Source: Isurus oxyrinchus (taxonomy: Eukaryota). From it: a stretch of 64,000 nt of DNA. Both the position numbers and the translations under genes were made by a program. Shown here piece by piece: positions 49,140 through 61,895 of the stretch (the first letter of the stretch is position 1; every line of letters starts with the position of its first letter). The DNA lies in contig JANJGN010000026.1 in NCBI GenBank assembly GCA_026770705.1, forward strand, positions 34,410,001-34,474,000. Reading direction: 5' to 3'. Below the pieces are notes generated by a model that worked only from the letters and a program-made list of their open reading frames with translations, was not told the origin of the DNA and did not search any database.

Positions 49140-49400
49140 GTGATGGTTGGAGAAATATTGTTCAGGACAATTCCCCATCTCTCCTTAAAAATAGTACTCA
49201 TGTGATCCATCATTTCCATCTGAAAGGATAGGCGGTGTCCTCCATTTAACATCTCATCCGAAATCCGGCCCCTCTGATGGTACACCATTCCCTGAGGTCT
49301 GAACTGAAGTATCGTTACCTATCCTGTGGGTCAAGTCTCCAGAGAGTGACGGAATCCTGAAACGCCTTATTCAGATAAGATAGGGAGAATAACTGAGCCT
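49140..49400 (-). mobile_element. DeuSINE (SacSINE1-like) fragment
   Basis: TTTAACATCTCATCCGAAA resembles the reverse complement of the Deu-domain core TTTCGGATGAGACGTTAAA. Confidence 0.6.
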
Positions 49401-50355
49401 CGGTTGAGGAGCAGTGTATCTAGAATGGCCTTTATGTTGTCATGCATGTGCACCTTTCTGAAAATGAATACATAGTTTACATATGCCCGTTCAGGTAAGT
49501 GAGGACAAATCTTTCATACGGGGCGCAGTGGCCTCTCGACGCCTCGATCACTGGCCCTCCCTGAACAGGAAGCCAGTTTCCATCAAGGGCTCCTCAGTAA
49601 ATTCCCGGATTGTTGTTTCCGATATTACAGGTGTCCTGTTGAGTGGACAGAATCTGTGAACGGACTGGAGACAGAATCCTCGTAATCCCAGGGCGTGGTG
49701 ACCCCTGAACAACACAAGCCAGGAAAAAGGATTGAAATAAAGAGAAGGAAATTTACAAAATAAACCTTAATTGTCCCCCTGGAAACAGGGGACCATTAAA
49801 TTTTACCCCGGAATTAAATATCACTCGGTAATCATCTTTCACAGACTCAGGATGTCAGTCAGCACTTTCCTGGAAGTTTAGTTCCAGTGTAGTCGCTGTT
49901 GTGATGTTAGAAATATTATTTACACAGAGGGCAGTGGGAATGTTTAATTCTCTGCCTGATTGTCGCTCTGGCCCTTGTGCTGGAATGAATGAATTTGAGT
50001 GTCCAGGTATTTTCTGGATACTTTGGAGTTGTGGCCAATAGTAACCAAAATATTCGATCAGGAAAAGATAGACTCATCTCTCTCTGTCTCTATCTCGGTC
50101 TCGGTCTCTGTCACTGTCTCGCGCTCTCTCTCTCTCATTGTGATAAACTTTTACTTCGGGCCATTAAATACAATGATTCATAGGGCTCTATTTCTATGTC
50201 TCTTGTATAATTAATCTATTAATTCTTGACCTATATACACTATTGTTTACAGTGACGTGTCATGGCGCCAACATAGTTCCTGTAATCCCCAGCTGTCACC
50301 TGTCAGAGCAATGAACTGACGATTTGGTGCGTTTCTCCAAAAGTTTTAGGTCCTG

Positions 50356-50372
50356 GAGCTCCATCTAGTGGA
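50356..50372 (-). promoter_or_regulatory. CTCF-like motif
   Basis: Minus strand TCCACTAGATGGAGCTC. Confidence 0.45.
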
Positions 50373-51261
50373 GTCTTGTCTGTAAAACAACGACTCTCAA
50401 TTTATTCTCGAAAATTGCTTCCGGATATTGACTATACTGCCACTTTATTGTGGATTTTATGGCTTTGGTTTTATTATCACTGTAACTTTTCTCTTTCCAT
50501 TCTTTTGCTTCTGCTACTTTTACTATTTAATATTCAGCCCTAGATTATTTGTCTCTGTTTTCTGACGCCTACGTCACTAAGACAGAACGTGTTCATTTGC
50601 AGAAATAGATGAATTTCTTGTTCATAAATTCTTTAACCCGCAACCGATGTGGTGATGATTGTTCATTTCGGAAGAATGTAAGGCTTGCGAACACCCTAAT
50701 CATCAAAGAAGTATGTCAACTAAATTTCAGAATGCCAAGTATATGCGAACATAGGAAATGGGAGCAGAAGGAGGCCTATCGGCCCTTCGAGCCTGCTCCG
50801 CCATTCAATAAGATTATGGCTGATCTGATTGTAACCTCCCACCTACTCCCGGTTACCTTTCACTCCCTTGTTTATCAAACATCGATCTACCTCTGCCTTG
50901 AAAACATTCAAAGACTCTGCTTCCCCTGCCCTTTGAAGAAGGGAGTTCCAAGGGCTCACTACTTTCTGAGTGAAAAAAAATTTCTCATCTCTGTCTTAAG
51001 TGGCAGACACTTTATTTTTAAACGGTGACCCTTAGTTCTAGAATCTCCCACAATAGGAATGATCCTTTCCAAGTGTGATTTTTATTTGTACAGAGGGTTA
51101 ATCTGTATGTTATACTGTCATGTTATTATAAATAATAAAAATAATTTCATTCCATTACATTACTTGGATGTTGAACTGCTTTTTTGCAGGAGTGACTTGT
51201 ATCACTCTTCTTGCTTCTAAAACACATGCTCTGATTGTCTCCTGAGTCCCCATGTCGAGTG

Positions 51262-51580
51262 AGTTCTAGCATAGTCTCCTCCCCTCCTTGCCTCCCCGTG
51301 TTTCACCGCACTGTACTAAACCGCAACATCTGAGAACTTAACCGAGTGAACGGTGAGAGCGGCAGAGCCTTTCTCACCGTCCACAGATACCTTAAACCTT
51401 CCCTTAACCCTTTCATCACTGAATATGGAGCCGAGATGCTGGGGAGCTCGATTGCAGAATTGCTGATACAAGAATATAAGTTCATTTACAGCGAAAGTAG
51501 AGTTATGGTTAAGCAAAATTATTTCTGTTGCATTCCTGAAAAACCGATATCTGATTTTTTTTCCCAGTGGGAGCATGTAG
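51262..51580 (-). pseudogene. TCR V pseudogene with degenerate 23-RSS
   Basis: LYQQFCNRAPQHLGSIFSDERVKGRFKVSVDGEKGSAALTVHSVKFSDVAV*YSAVK; CACGGGG(51294-51300)-23-GCTAGAACT. Confidence 0.8.
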
Positions 51581-51959
51581 CTTTCAAAATAAGAAGAAAA
51601 TTAACATAATGAGATATACAAGGGAAATTAAATAAAGTGATTGTGGAAATAGGTAGAATAAACTCATGAATCCACTCATCTGCCTATCCACCCTTGGTCC
51701 ACCTGAGTTAGCGGTTCTGTAAGAACAGCCCATAATTATCAGCTACAGGAACTGTAGTTCTGAGAGCTTTCATTACCTCTGTTCGCAAATCGATATTCCA
51801 GAGAGGGTCGGAGCTCTTAACCCTATAAATGGCGGCGTGGAGTTAAGTTTACATATTTCCCAAAACTGCTTCTCTGTGGATTTGTTCAAGGACAAACAGG
51901 ACAATAAAACTGCGGTAAATAGACCTGTCTGTTTCCCTTCTCTGGAACCCAGGAGCAAA

Positions 51960-53700
51960 AACCGCTCAGGTTTTTGTACGGTGTTGTGGCTGTGATCTAA
52001 CGCTGTGCCTCATTACACAGTAATGCACCGCCCCGTCCTCCACACTCAATTCGATTATACTGAGGCAATCGTTCCTTTGAGACTGGTCAGCAGCCGCCAA
52101 ATATCGTCCTGAAATGTCATCTTCCTTCAGTGCTAAGGTAACGGTAATAATCCATCTTGGTGGCTGTGCAGTTTGCTGCCGGTACCATTGCATTACTACA
52201 TATTCTGATCTGTATACTCACAGTCTAACTGCACCGAACGCCCATCTGACACCGTTTTTGCCACCGGGGACTGAGTTACTGGATCTGCTCATAGCCTGCC
52301 TGTGAGGAAGAGAAATGAAATATCAAACGGTTAAGCAGTGTTGATCAAAATTTGTTTCTAGCTGTGTGAGTTTGTGGAACCTCCTATCGACCTAGCTGTC
52401 CATCATATGGATATTTCTGATCGTTAATAGTTTTAAATATTGTCGCAACCTCTTAACCGCAGATTAATCTAATCTGCCTTGATGAATTTAATCCAGTGTT
52501 TACTGTCCAACAGCGCCGCCAGTATTATCAGAAACTTGTATGAGTGAATCTCTCTCAGAGAATGTGAATGGAATGAGCCAGAGATTGAGAAGGAGAGAGG
52601 GAACCCGGGCTCTGTTCAGCTCATTGCTCCACCCAGACACTGCAGGGACCGAGCCCATTCTGACTTCACTCAGGAAACCATCCCTATTGGCTTTGGCCTT
52701 TCCACCACATGACGCAGTGACTCCCATGCTTGAACTTGGCGCCCGTCGCTGGTGATTTCGGTTCAATCCGTGTTTGGATGCGGCCGTTGATTGGATTGAG
52801 GGTTTATTGAAATGCACATCAAGACACGAATGTTCCCCAGAAGCCAAAATTGGAGCTGTTTAGACACAATCATCATTCCTACCGATGTTTATGCCGGAGC
52901 GTGATGTTAAATCTGTACGAATCATCGCTGAAGTTCTCTGTCCAAAACCTAGGCGCGACGAAGAAGAAGGAATGTCAAGATTTTGGAGAAATTGCCGGAC
53001 GCTGTACACCAGAATGGCACCAGAGATGAGGAAAGTTTACGCGAATAGGCAAGAGAAACTTGGAGTTTTGCCCTCGTAAGAAAGACGGTAGAAGAGAGAC
53101 TCAACTGATGTGCTAAAAATTATGCCCCTTTGAGAGGTTAGGTCGCAATTTCTTCCATTTTCAGAAGATTCAATAACCAAATAATTTTGATTTCATGAAA
53201 ACAATAGAGAGGGAAAGATATGTTTTATTTATTACATTGTATGTGTTACCATCTAAAACACCATGCTTGAAATGATGGGGGAAGGAGATTTAATCACAAA
53301 TTTCAATACGGAGTTGTTATAAGTTGAAAAAAGAAAACAAAGTGGAAAATGCGGGGTTTGAAAGGCGATTGGTATGGGTCTTTCAAATAGACATAGATAC
53401 TGCAACTGGCGTCCTCATTCCACTTTGTAAGTTTCTATGATTCTGCTCCCTTTTTGCCCCTCCCGCATTATTTATTATTAGCCATTTGATGTGTGAAAAG
53501 GCGCAGGATGCTCACAGGCTTCTGGAGTTTCAACCATCGCTATTTCCGCTCCATCAGTTCCGGCTGCAGCTGATCACCGCCGCGCACTTTTATCAGTTTT
53601 CAATCTGCTGCATCCCCGGCCACAGCTTCCGTTTGTTCCTCTCCTCTGACCCGATTTTGTTCTTGGAGGTATTGCTTCCCCATTCTGCCATTGGACAGAT
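51960..53700. repeat. Segmental duplication unit, copy 1 (copy 2 at ~56870-58680)
   Basis: RSS, V exon, leader, promoter, old CR1 remnant and CpG-rich block are colinear in both copies. Confidence 0.85.
51969..52540 (-). pseudogene. TCR V pseudogene, paralogue of the 56919-57423 gene
   Basis: V exon 52008-52299 with TGA, TAG/TAA and a frameshift; leader ATG mutated to AAG; RSS CACAGCG-23-ACAAAAACC at 51969-52007. Confidence 0.9.
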
Positions 53701-54378
53701 CAGCAATGCAGTGAACCAGCGACCTGATTTGAAATAGAGATGATGCGAGTTTATTTTTTCACTCACAAAGTCGTGAGTATTTGAAACTCTCTCCCTGAAA
53801 AGGCGGTGGAAGCAGAGTTTTTATATATTTTAAGGTAGTTGTGGATATATCCTTGGTAAGGGAGGGAGTGAAATGTTATCGGGTGTAGGTAGGGTGCACA
53901 TTTCAGATTATAATCAGATCAGCTAGGATTTTATTAAATGGTGGAGCAGGTTCGAGGGGCTAAATGGCTTATTCCTGCTCCTTGTACGTATGCTTGTATG
54001 ATCTGACGGATAATTACCCGCACTGAACATCGACAGACTCAAGAATTATCACTGTTAAAGTTTCGGTCAGCCGTCATACAGCAGAATCACATGTACACAT
54101 GTTCAGTAAAATGTCCGAATCGACTCAACTGATTATAATCCTACAATTAATCAATGCTGAAGATGTTCTCACAATGAAGACTGCTCTCAACGAATGACTA
54201 TTTCTCCTAGCAGATACTTTATGCTGTGACTGTCACAATCTCTGATCATAGCCGCTATTTCAAGGGTTTGATAAAGCTAGCGGCAGCCTCCATTTGCTGC
54301 TCTGGTTCTGAACCATCATGCCTGCTCTGTGTTATTGGAGAGATCGCTGCAGCAGTTCCGGGCTGTAAACAGGAGGGA

Positions 54379-54826
54379 GGTTTTTGTACAATGACTGCCG
54401 CCTTTCCTCTCAGAGTGGGGCTCTATCGCATAGTAGCACACAGCGGTATCCGCGCTCTCCGTCTTCTCAATTGGCCCTGTTTGTCCTCGGTGGAAAGTTC
54501 CAATTCGAGTCGGTCCTTTCTATCATTGCCAGCCGTTATTCTCTTCATTATCCACTCCAGCCGCTGACCGGGCTGCTGTTTGTACCAATACATTCCGTAA
54601 ATGCTGGACATGTCATAGCTGCAGTTTATCTGCACGAAATCCCCGCCCTGGACTATTCTCGCATTGGGAAACTGGAACACTTGTTCCGGGCGACATCGAC
54701 CTGTAAGAATTTAGACAATGAGACATTGAAGCAACGTGTGTATAAACAGATACTCTCTGCAGGTTACTGAATAAAACCCCAATACTTACAAGTTAGTAGC
54801 ACTAGAATGATAGGGAGTAGATTCAT
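54379..54826 (-). pseudogene. TCR V pseudogene (leader 54790-54826, V exon 54418-54700)
   Basis: MNLLPIILVLLT|CRCRPEQVFQFPNARIVQGGDFVQINCSYDMSSIYGMYWYKQQPGQRLEWI...; FR3 frameshift and DTAVCYYA (Cys104 lost); RSS CACTCTG-23-ACAAAAACC. Confidence 0.88.
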
Positions 54827-56879
54827 TTGTGTCGTAATGCATTCCTGCAATTAAAGTATCAGTAAGAAAAGGAAGCACAGCTCACATCAGCAGAGCACGG
54901 TTCGTCTGAGCGAAGTCAGTAGTCGGTTCATGTGACAGGGAGGGATAACGTTCCAGTCACGTGGTTTTGCTGCTGTTGGATTGGTTAGAAATAGACTTTG
55001 TTCTCGTGGCCTAAGGATGTTGTTTTTGACCCCCTTCTCATTTCTCCATCGGTTCCCATTGGAACATTTCAATTGTCGAAACTCCAGGAATTTCCTTCAC
55101 TCCTTGTGGTGCGATGTGAGCGGAACGCAATAACTTTGCGGCACTGACTCTCTAAAGGGACAAGCTTGGGCTCTGCGTCTTTGTAACCATTTGAAACCCT
55201 GTACAAAGATTGTCTTAAGGAATGAATTCAGCTTGTTGTTAAAATCCTATCTTGTGATCTGTCGTGCTGAAATTGTACTTTTAAACTCCCATAACTGTAA
55301 GATTCCTGAATCTGCATCGGGACAGAATTGAAGGAGAAATGCATTGGCGTTTTTCGGTGATTCATCATACACCTGTGTGTATCATACTCCTGGCAGCATT
55401 GCCCGTGGAGCTGGTTCAAACCCCCTTAGGGCGAGGGATAGGGTGGGGTCTAGATAACTGGAAGAGAGTGAAAACTGAGCATGAAAGTCTTCCCTCGCAG
55501 CTTTAACATAAATTAGTCAAGGATGTGATGCAGGGAAAGAAACCAAATGCAGGGCGGTGTCAATGTATCACTTTCCATTTTAACTTTGACCTTCAGCAAA
55601 GACACAGTTGATGCGATTTGCGAAAAAAATTCAGACAGCGAGTAGTAATGGGGTATAATTCACCGCTGGGAAGTTTGGTCATTCCAGAGGGCATTGGATG
55701 ATTATTTAAATAGAAATAATGTGCAGGGTTATGATGGAAAGGCAGGAGATTGGCATTAAGTTAAAATGCTCAGAGAACTGGTGAAGACACGATGGGCTAA
55801 ATGGCCTCTTTCTACACCGTAATAATTCTGTGATTCTTTATTTATGTGATGTCGGATATTGGTGTGTGTCTTCTGTTTACACCACTTACTGTTTTATCTA
55901 TCTTCCACACCCGGTGTTCAGCTGCCTCATGCTCAGCTACCATTGTCTAATATTGGATGGAATGCGTTAGATATGATAAAGCCGTACATGTAATGATTGT
56001 TGTCCGATGTATTTGAGATAATTCAATTCAGAGACAATTGTCAGAGAAATAATGTTTTATCCAATTGTCAAAGAAATAATGTTTTATTTATCGTATAGGA
56101 CTTGATCCAAAGAATAAACATTCATATCGGCTGCCCTCTGCTGCCTGTTCTGAGGAATGACCAGATGTGGTGAGCAGGGAGTGTTCAATCGCCTGTCTGC
56201 AGTCCCTCTTTAAAGATGCTCTGTCGTAACGGCACTTGTCTGATATTCAGGTCAGAAAGAAAGGGTTTGCATCATTACTTCAAGGACTAGAATGAGGGAA
56301 TGTATAGGATTGTAGGTAATGTGTGGGGTCCAGGGAAAAGATGAGACCATCAAGCATGCAAAAGGAATGGATGGAGAATAGATAAGCTCAGGTGCCACTG
56401 ACGAATTTGCGAAGTTGACTTGTACTGGAAACGGAAGTTGAAAATGTCAAGTAATATATTTGTGCCGTTGCACCTCGTATGAGTTATGATGAGCGCTTTG
56501 TTCTGTTGCCTCGTTAGCAAGGGCCAGGTGACTCTTGCTCTGTAGGTTGAATCACTTGTGCTGTTCTTCTTTACCACTTTGTCAGAACTAATTGGAATTC
56601 TCAATGTGAATCTCTTTCCGGGTAATTTTCAGCCATAGCAACTAAAGTCTTTGAGCTTTAATCACCTCTGCCGGCACACCAATACTCCGGGTTTATATTG
56701 AGCTTGAAAAAGGCGGAATGGTGATAGGCCCCAAGATTTTCCAAGACAGGGGCAACGACAGTAATATAACAGTACGAAAAACAGACCTGACAGCTTTTGC
56801 CTGCTGTGAACTCGAGATCAAATACTTCCCTCCGACAAGGCACGAAAGAGAGCTGATCGGAGCTGCAAATGCTCACTGA

Positions 56880-56918
56880 GGTTTTTGTGCGGGGTTCTCG
56901 CTGTGATCTGACGCTGTG
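56880..56918 (-). other. 23-RSS of intact V gene
   Basis: CACAGCG-23 bp-ACAAAAACC. Confidence 0.92.
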
Positions 56919-57423
56919 CCTCACTGCACAGTAATACACCGCCCCGTCCTCCACACTCAGTTCGCTTATATTGAGGTAACCGTTCTTTTTAGACTGATCA
57001 GCAGCCGCCAGGTATCGTCCTGAGATTTTATCCTCCTTCAGTGCTAAGACATTGGTAATAATCCAACTTGGTGGCTGTGCTGTCTGCTGCCGATACCATT
57101 GCATGTAATCCACATTCCGATCTGTATATTCACAGTGTAACTGCACCGAACCACCTTCTAACATCATTATTGCCATCGGGGCCTGAGTTACTGCGTCCTC
57201 ACATAGTCTACCTGTGACGGGAGAGGAACGAAGTGTCAAAAGGTTAAGAAGAGGTGTGCGCATGTCAAAGCTTCCGTCTAACAGCTATCAATAATATGGC
57301 AATTTATGATGGATAATTATATTAAACGTTATTCGGAACATTTGCACTAATCTGCTAATCCGCCTTGATTGAATTAATTCAGCACTTACTGTCGAACAGC
57401 GCAGCCAGTATTATGAGAAACAT
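56919..57423 (-). CDS. TCR alpha/delta variable gene segment, apparently functional (leader 57390-57423, V exon 56919-57211)
   Basis: MFLIILAALFD|SRLCEDAVTQAPMAIMMLEGGSVQLHCEYTDRNVDYMQWYRQQTAQPPSWII...EDGAVYYCAVR; in-frame phase-1 GT-AG intron. Confidence 0.88.
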
Positions 57424-57559
57424 GTCTGACTGAATCTCTCTCAGTAAATGGTGATAGGATGAGTCAGAGATTGAGAAGGAGGGAACCCGGGCTCTGTTCA
57501 GCTCATCGTTCCACCCACACACTGCAGTGGGCCAGGCCATTGTGACCTCACTCTGGCTA

Positions 57560-57640
57560 CCACTCCTATTGGCTTTGACGCTGCGCATCACGTGACCTTG
57601 ACATGACCATGCTTGGACTTGGCGCCTTCTGCTGGCGGAT
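57560..57640 (-). promoter_or_regulatory. V promoter: CCAAT box, GTCACGTGA and CTCF-like motif
   Basis: Minus strand AGCCAATAG (~57566), GTCACGTGA 57588-57596, CCAGCAGAAGGCGC 57622-57635; partly conserved at 52680-52755. Confidence 0.5.
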
Positions 57641-58849
57641 TCTTTTCAGTCCGGTTGAGAAAGCGACAATTCAGCGTGTTCAGGGTTAATTGAAATCCAT
57701 AGCACGACATTTATTTCACGCAATGTTTCTGTGAAATTTAAACTGGAGCTGCTTGGACATAGTCTTTCTTTAACTCTTAATATTTATGTGATAATGCGGC
57801 GTTAACTGCGTAGAACACTCACTGCAGTCTCCTATCTAATCCTGGGCGGGACAAATCTGAAAGAATATGAAGATTTAGGAGAACGTGTGGAGGCTGCACA
57901 TCAAACTCATGCCAGGGATGTTAGACATTAATGCGAACAGACTAAGGAAACTGCTATTCTACCCCCTATAACAACCCTATAACAAGCAGGGTGCAAGGCC
58001 GAATTAATTGACGTGTTCAAACGCATGTGGTTTTGACACAGCCTACCGCACGTGATCGTTTCCGTTAACAGAAGATTCAGTAGCGAAATCGTCCCGATTT
58101 CGTGGAAGAAAATGGATGGGGAAAGATACATTTTATTTGTTACATTGCGATACTTTACCATCAAGAATACGGTGCTAAATTATAGGGGGAAGGAGATTCA
58201 TGTGTAAATTTCTTCAAGGAGTTACAAGCTTGGAATGGGGGGGGGGGGGGGGGGTGCGGTGCGGGGTGTGGGGGAGGGAGCAACAATGAGCGAGAGGGTA
58301 GATGATTGCCATAACTCTTTCGAATAGGTACGGTAAGCCGAATCCTCACTCCATTCCATGGCTTTCAATGCTTCTGGTGCCTTCAGCCCCCTCCCGCACT
58401 ATTTGTTCGCAGTCCCTTGAAAAGCGAGCATGAGCAGGATGAATGTAGATTTCCTGAGGTACAACCGTCGCTTTTTCCGCTCCAACACGCCCGGAAGCAG
58501 CTGAGCGTCAGCGCACACTCCTGTCAGTTTTGAGTCTGCACTATCCCCGGCCACTGCTTCCGCTTCCCGCTCTCGCTCTGCCCAGACTGTGGAATCGGAG
58601 AGATTGCTGCCGCTGGTCCGTTCCAGCCATTGCTTAGAACAGCAGTACAGCTGGTCGGGGATCTGCATTTCTGCTCTGAAAGAGAATTTCCTGCATCGAG
58701 CAGAGACTGGCAAAGGAACTGTCATGGGGAGCCGTCTCGTACCGCTCCTCGTTAGAGAATTAAATAACCAGGGTCTATCATGACTTAAACATGAAAGAAC
58801 ATAATGTTTGGTGCAGCAGGAGCTGAAGCATGTCCTTGCATAGTATGAA

Positions 58850-59200
58850 CAGAGTCATGGCATATTTTATTGATAAATTAATCAGTGCATTGTGTGACAT
58901 AAGCAAATAAATTATCTAATGCAGTAACAATGAAACGGGGCCCAGTGTAATTTAACGGGAGGCAGTGAAATGTGTAATATGAACAGCGGCACGGTCTAGT
59001 GTAGCGGCAGCAAATACAGAGCCCAGAGCAATATTAACACAGGCTGGGCATTGCATAGTAATTCACGATATATTGTCTTGTGTAATATAAATAAAGGCAG
59101 GACTTGATGCAATAAAACAGGGAAATTATCAAGTGCAGTATGAGACAGGCTCCCGTGCAATACAAAGAGAGATAATTGCCTTGATAATCGAGACATGTGC
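58850..59200 (-). repeat. Degenerate 27-bp repeat tract
   Basis: GTGTAATATAAA../CAGGG..TAGTG variants as in the left-hand arrays. Confidence 0.55.
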
Positions 59201-60705
59201 AAACGTGAAATATCACTCGGCAAATGTAGATTTTGTGTCGTGAATGGATTTCAACTTCTCACGAGATCATTCCAAAGCTGATTGCGAAGTTATTGACAGG
59301 ATAGGCATTCGAATCGATTGAGGTGAGAGAAATCTATATTTTTTAACCTGTGGATCTTTGGGTGTGACGAAGAGAAATGAACTGCCCAACTTAATCCAAC
59401 TTGGTTCTAGAAGCACAAGAAAAATTGAACCACTGAACTTTTGATAGTCAAGTCCAAGGCCAGGATGGATGCAGTTATCTGCAGGAAGTTTAGCTGACTG
59501 ACTCTATGTGTGACCTGTCTAATGTTGACAAGAGATCGGCACTTCCACATAGACGCTGCAGGTGATTCCTGGGGTTTTGCTGCCATCTGGAGGAGTAAAT
59601 TAGGATTTCACCCAACCAATATTTTCATTAACTTCGAGAACGATTGTTCACAAATTTCTTTTGCAAGACGTTCAGAAGACTATGATAATTGAATAATTGC
59701 AGTTAGTGCAATATAAAGCGCAGTTAACGAATCAGATTGCTAAGCATCTTGCCAGCTACGGCAATGATTAAATGATGAAATGTTTGCACAGATTGCCTCT
59801 TATAACAAAGTCGATCTAAAAAAATACCGACCCGATTTGAAAACCATCCGTTGCAATGAAGAGTTCAGTCTTTCTTTTGTATCCGTAAAGATCCCGTAAC
59901 ATCACTTTTGGTCCTGGGTTGTGATTTACATTCTTGAAAATATCCTTGTTGCTTCTTCACTGCCTCAAATTTGCACCTTTCACATTTGGAGATTATATGT
60001 GTTTTTTTAATTAAGTTTTAGGAAAGTCTTGCGGAAATGGTACCATGCCATTCTGCTCTCGTTACAAATAATTAGTGCAAAACAGAAAGCCATTAATATC
60101 TCTGGGATATTTACCACTCTCTTGTGTGAGTGCGCGTTGTCTTATCTAGTCATTGTGCACTGTCCTTTCCCTGGTTTGTAACTCATTTCCGCCGCCCTTC
60201 GGAGACTTTTGCAATCAGACTTTTGTATTCAGTCAGGTTCTGACATCTGTCCAGAATACACCACACCCGGCTTTATAGATTAATACTCCAATAAACATTG
60301 TTCATCAGCATCTAATCGTCTCCTGAAAATAATCTCTTTGTACCGGTTTATATTATGGATTAGTTTTAATACGTTTAAAGCGCCTTTACTGTTTAGAAGT
60401 CTTTAATCGGGCTATTAAAATTATTAGGATCATCTCCCCCTGATCCATCCCTCTGCTAAAAACAGATATTTTAAACCTAAAATTATTTGTATGTTTTCCA
60501 TGTGTTCATTGTGAAACAGTGATACACGGATATAACCAGTTTCAGGGCAACTGCAGGTGTTTGTATTCTCAATGGTCGCGGCGAGCTTCCAGAAATCTTC
60601 AAGTAAACAGAAGCCAATTCTTCCCTCACGCAGTGAATGTAATAATCAGACAGAGTCAGTATTCGATGTGAACGATTTTAAGTTGTGTTTGTGTGGATTG
60701 TGGTT

Positions 60706-60950
60706 AGGTTTTGCGCGCACAAGAATGAATTCATATGTCAGTGTCTCACCCGCTGTTATACACAGCCCTCAGCAAACAGCAGCTGTGACCCAGAAACCTG
60801 CGCAGTTATTGTACGAAGCTTTCAGTCATTGTGAGATTTTGTGCACAGTAATAGACCACAGTGTCTGACGTTTGCTGTGTCTGCTGCCATTTCCATAACC
60901 AGGACAGGAGTGTTTGTTGCAGAGAAATGAGACATTAACACCGCTCTCTG
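60706..60950 (-). pseudogene. Collapsed V relics: two V 3' ends in tandem
   Basis: SDTVVYYCAQNL + CACAATG (60827-60833) + ACAATAACT after 14 bp; then GAVYNSG + CACTGAC + 22 bp + GCAAAACCT. Confidence 0.55.
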
Positions 60951-61512
60951 CTGATCACAGGGACACAAGAGTAAATATAGACGGTTTCACCTCTCAATGA
61001 CCCGAGAGACAGTTAGATATCTAATTGATCTGAGAGTCAGTTTGAAATTTTATTGACATTAGAGACAGTTTGCTCTCTAATTGGTCTGAGGGATAGTTTG
61101 ATCTCTAATTGCCCTTTGGATCTGTTGGTTCTTCATTTGATTAGAGAGACAGTTTGAACTTTAATTGGCCTGATCGACAGTGTCTTGATGGACTCCTCCT
61201 CTGCTGTACTGGTTCATTGATCTCCACCTGCAACTGAACCAAAACATTGTTACCTGTTCAGACCTGCCTCAATATCTCGGTAATGAATTTAATTTGGTTT
61301 AACATTTCCAACCCAACCATCAAGAGCTGATGGTTAGCGACATGAAGAGAAAACGATAGCAGTGAAATTTTAACAGGCTCCAGCCAGCCCTATTGACGCT
61401 ATCCCTGCAGAATGGATGATATCTGTGCACCTGTAGTACACAAAGGAGTCAGCACATTGAGGAGAGCAGAGGCCGCTGTAGAGGTGATCTGCTCGGAATG
61501 GTTGGTTTATCT

Positions 61513-61895
61513 CTCAGTGCCTCACTGCACAGTAATGCACCCAAGACTAATACACCCCAGTTTTTGCTCCCACGGTGCTGGCCCTACCGGGACTGTTATA
61601 ACATCTTGTTGGGTAAATAAATAGGTTGAAGAATGTGATAATAGCTGATATGATTAATTTCGGGCCACGGTTCTGTCGAATTCTATAGCATTGAATACTC
61701 TCAGAGTCTCTGGTGATTAGATTTTACTGCATTTCAATCGATTGTCCCTCTTGTGTAAAGATCCGCTGTGACTGGTGGATTACAGCCTCTCCACCGATAG
61801 CGGCTGATACAAAAGAGAAGAAACATGTTCTAATGGCGAACACTATTCTCCACAAAGTCCTCACCTAAAGTCAAAATCAGAAGCTGTAATTCCAT
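61513..61895 (-). pseudogene. TCR V pseudogene (leader 61865-61895, V exon 61520-61803)
   Basis: MELQLLILTL|AAIGGEAVIHQSQRIFTQEGQSIEMQ* (stop at Cys23) ... VHYCAVR followed by CACTGAG; nonamer lost. Confidence 0.75.

Noticed and set aside
49490-49700. Donor GTAAGT and acceptor TATTACAG|GTGTCC resembling a leader-intron-IgHV layout
   Set aside because: No recognisable V framework, Cys/Trp or RSS downstream
60200-60580. Possible additional V relic on the minus strand (GWIRGD..., NINRYKE)
   Set aside because: Too decayed; no YYC motif or heptamer identifiable
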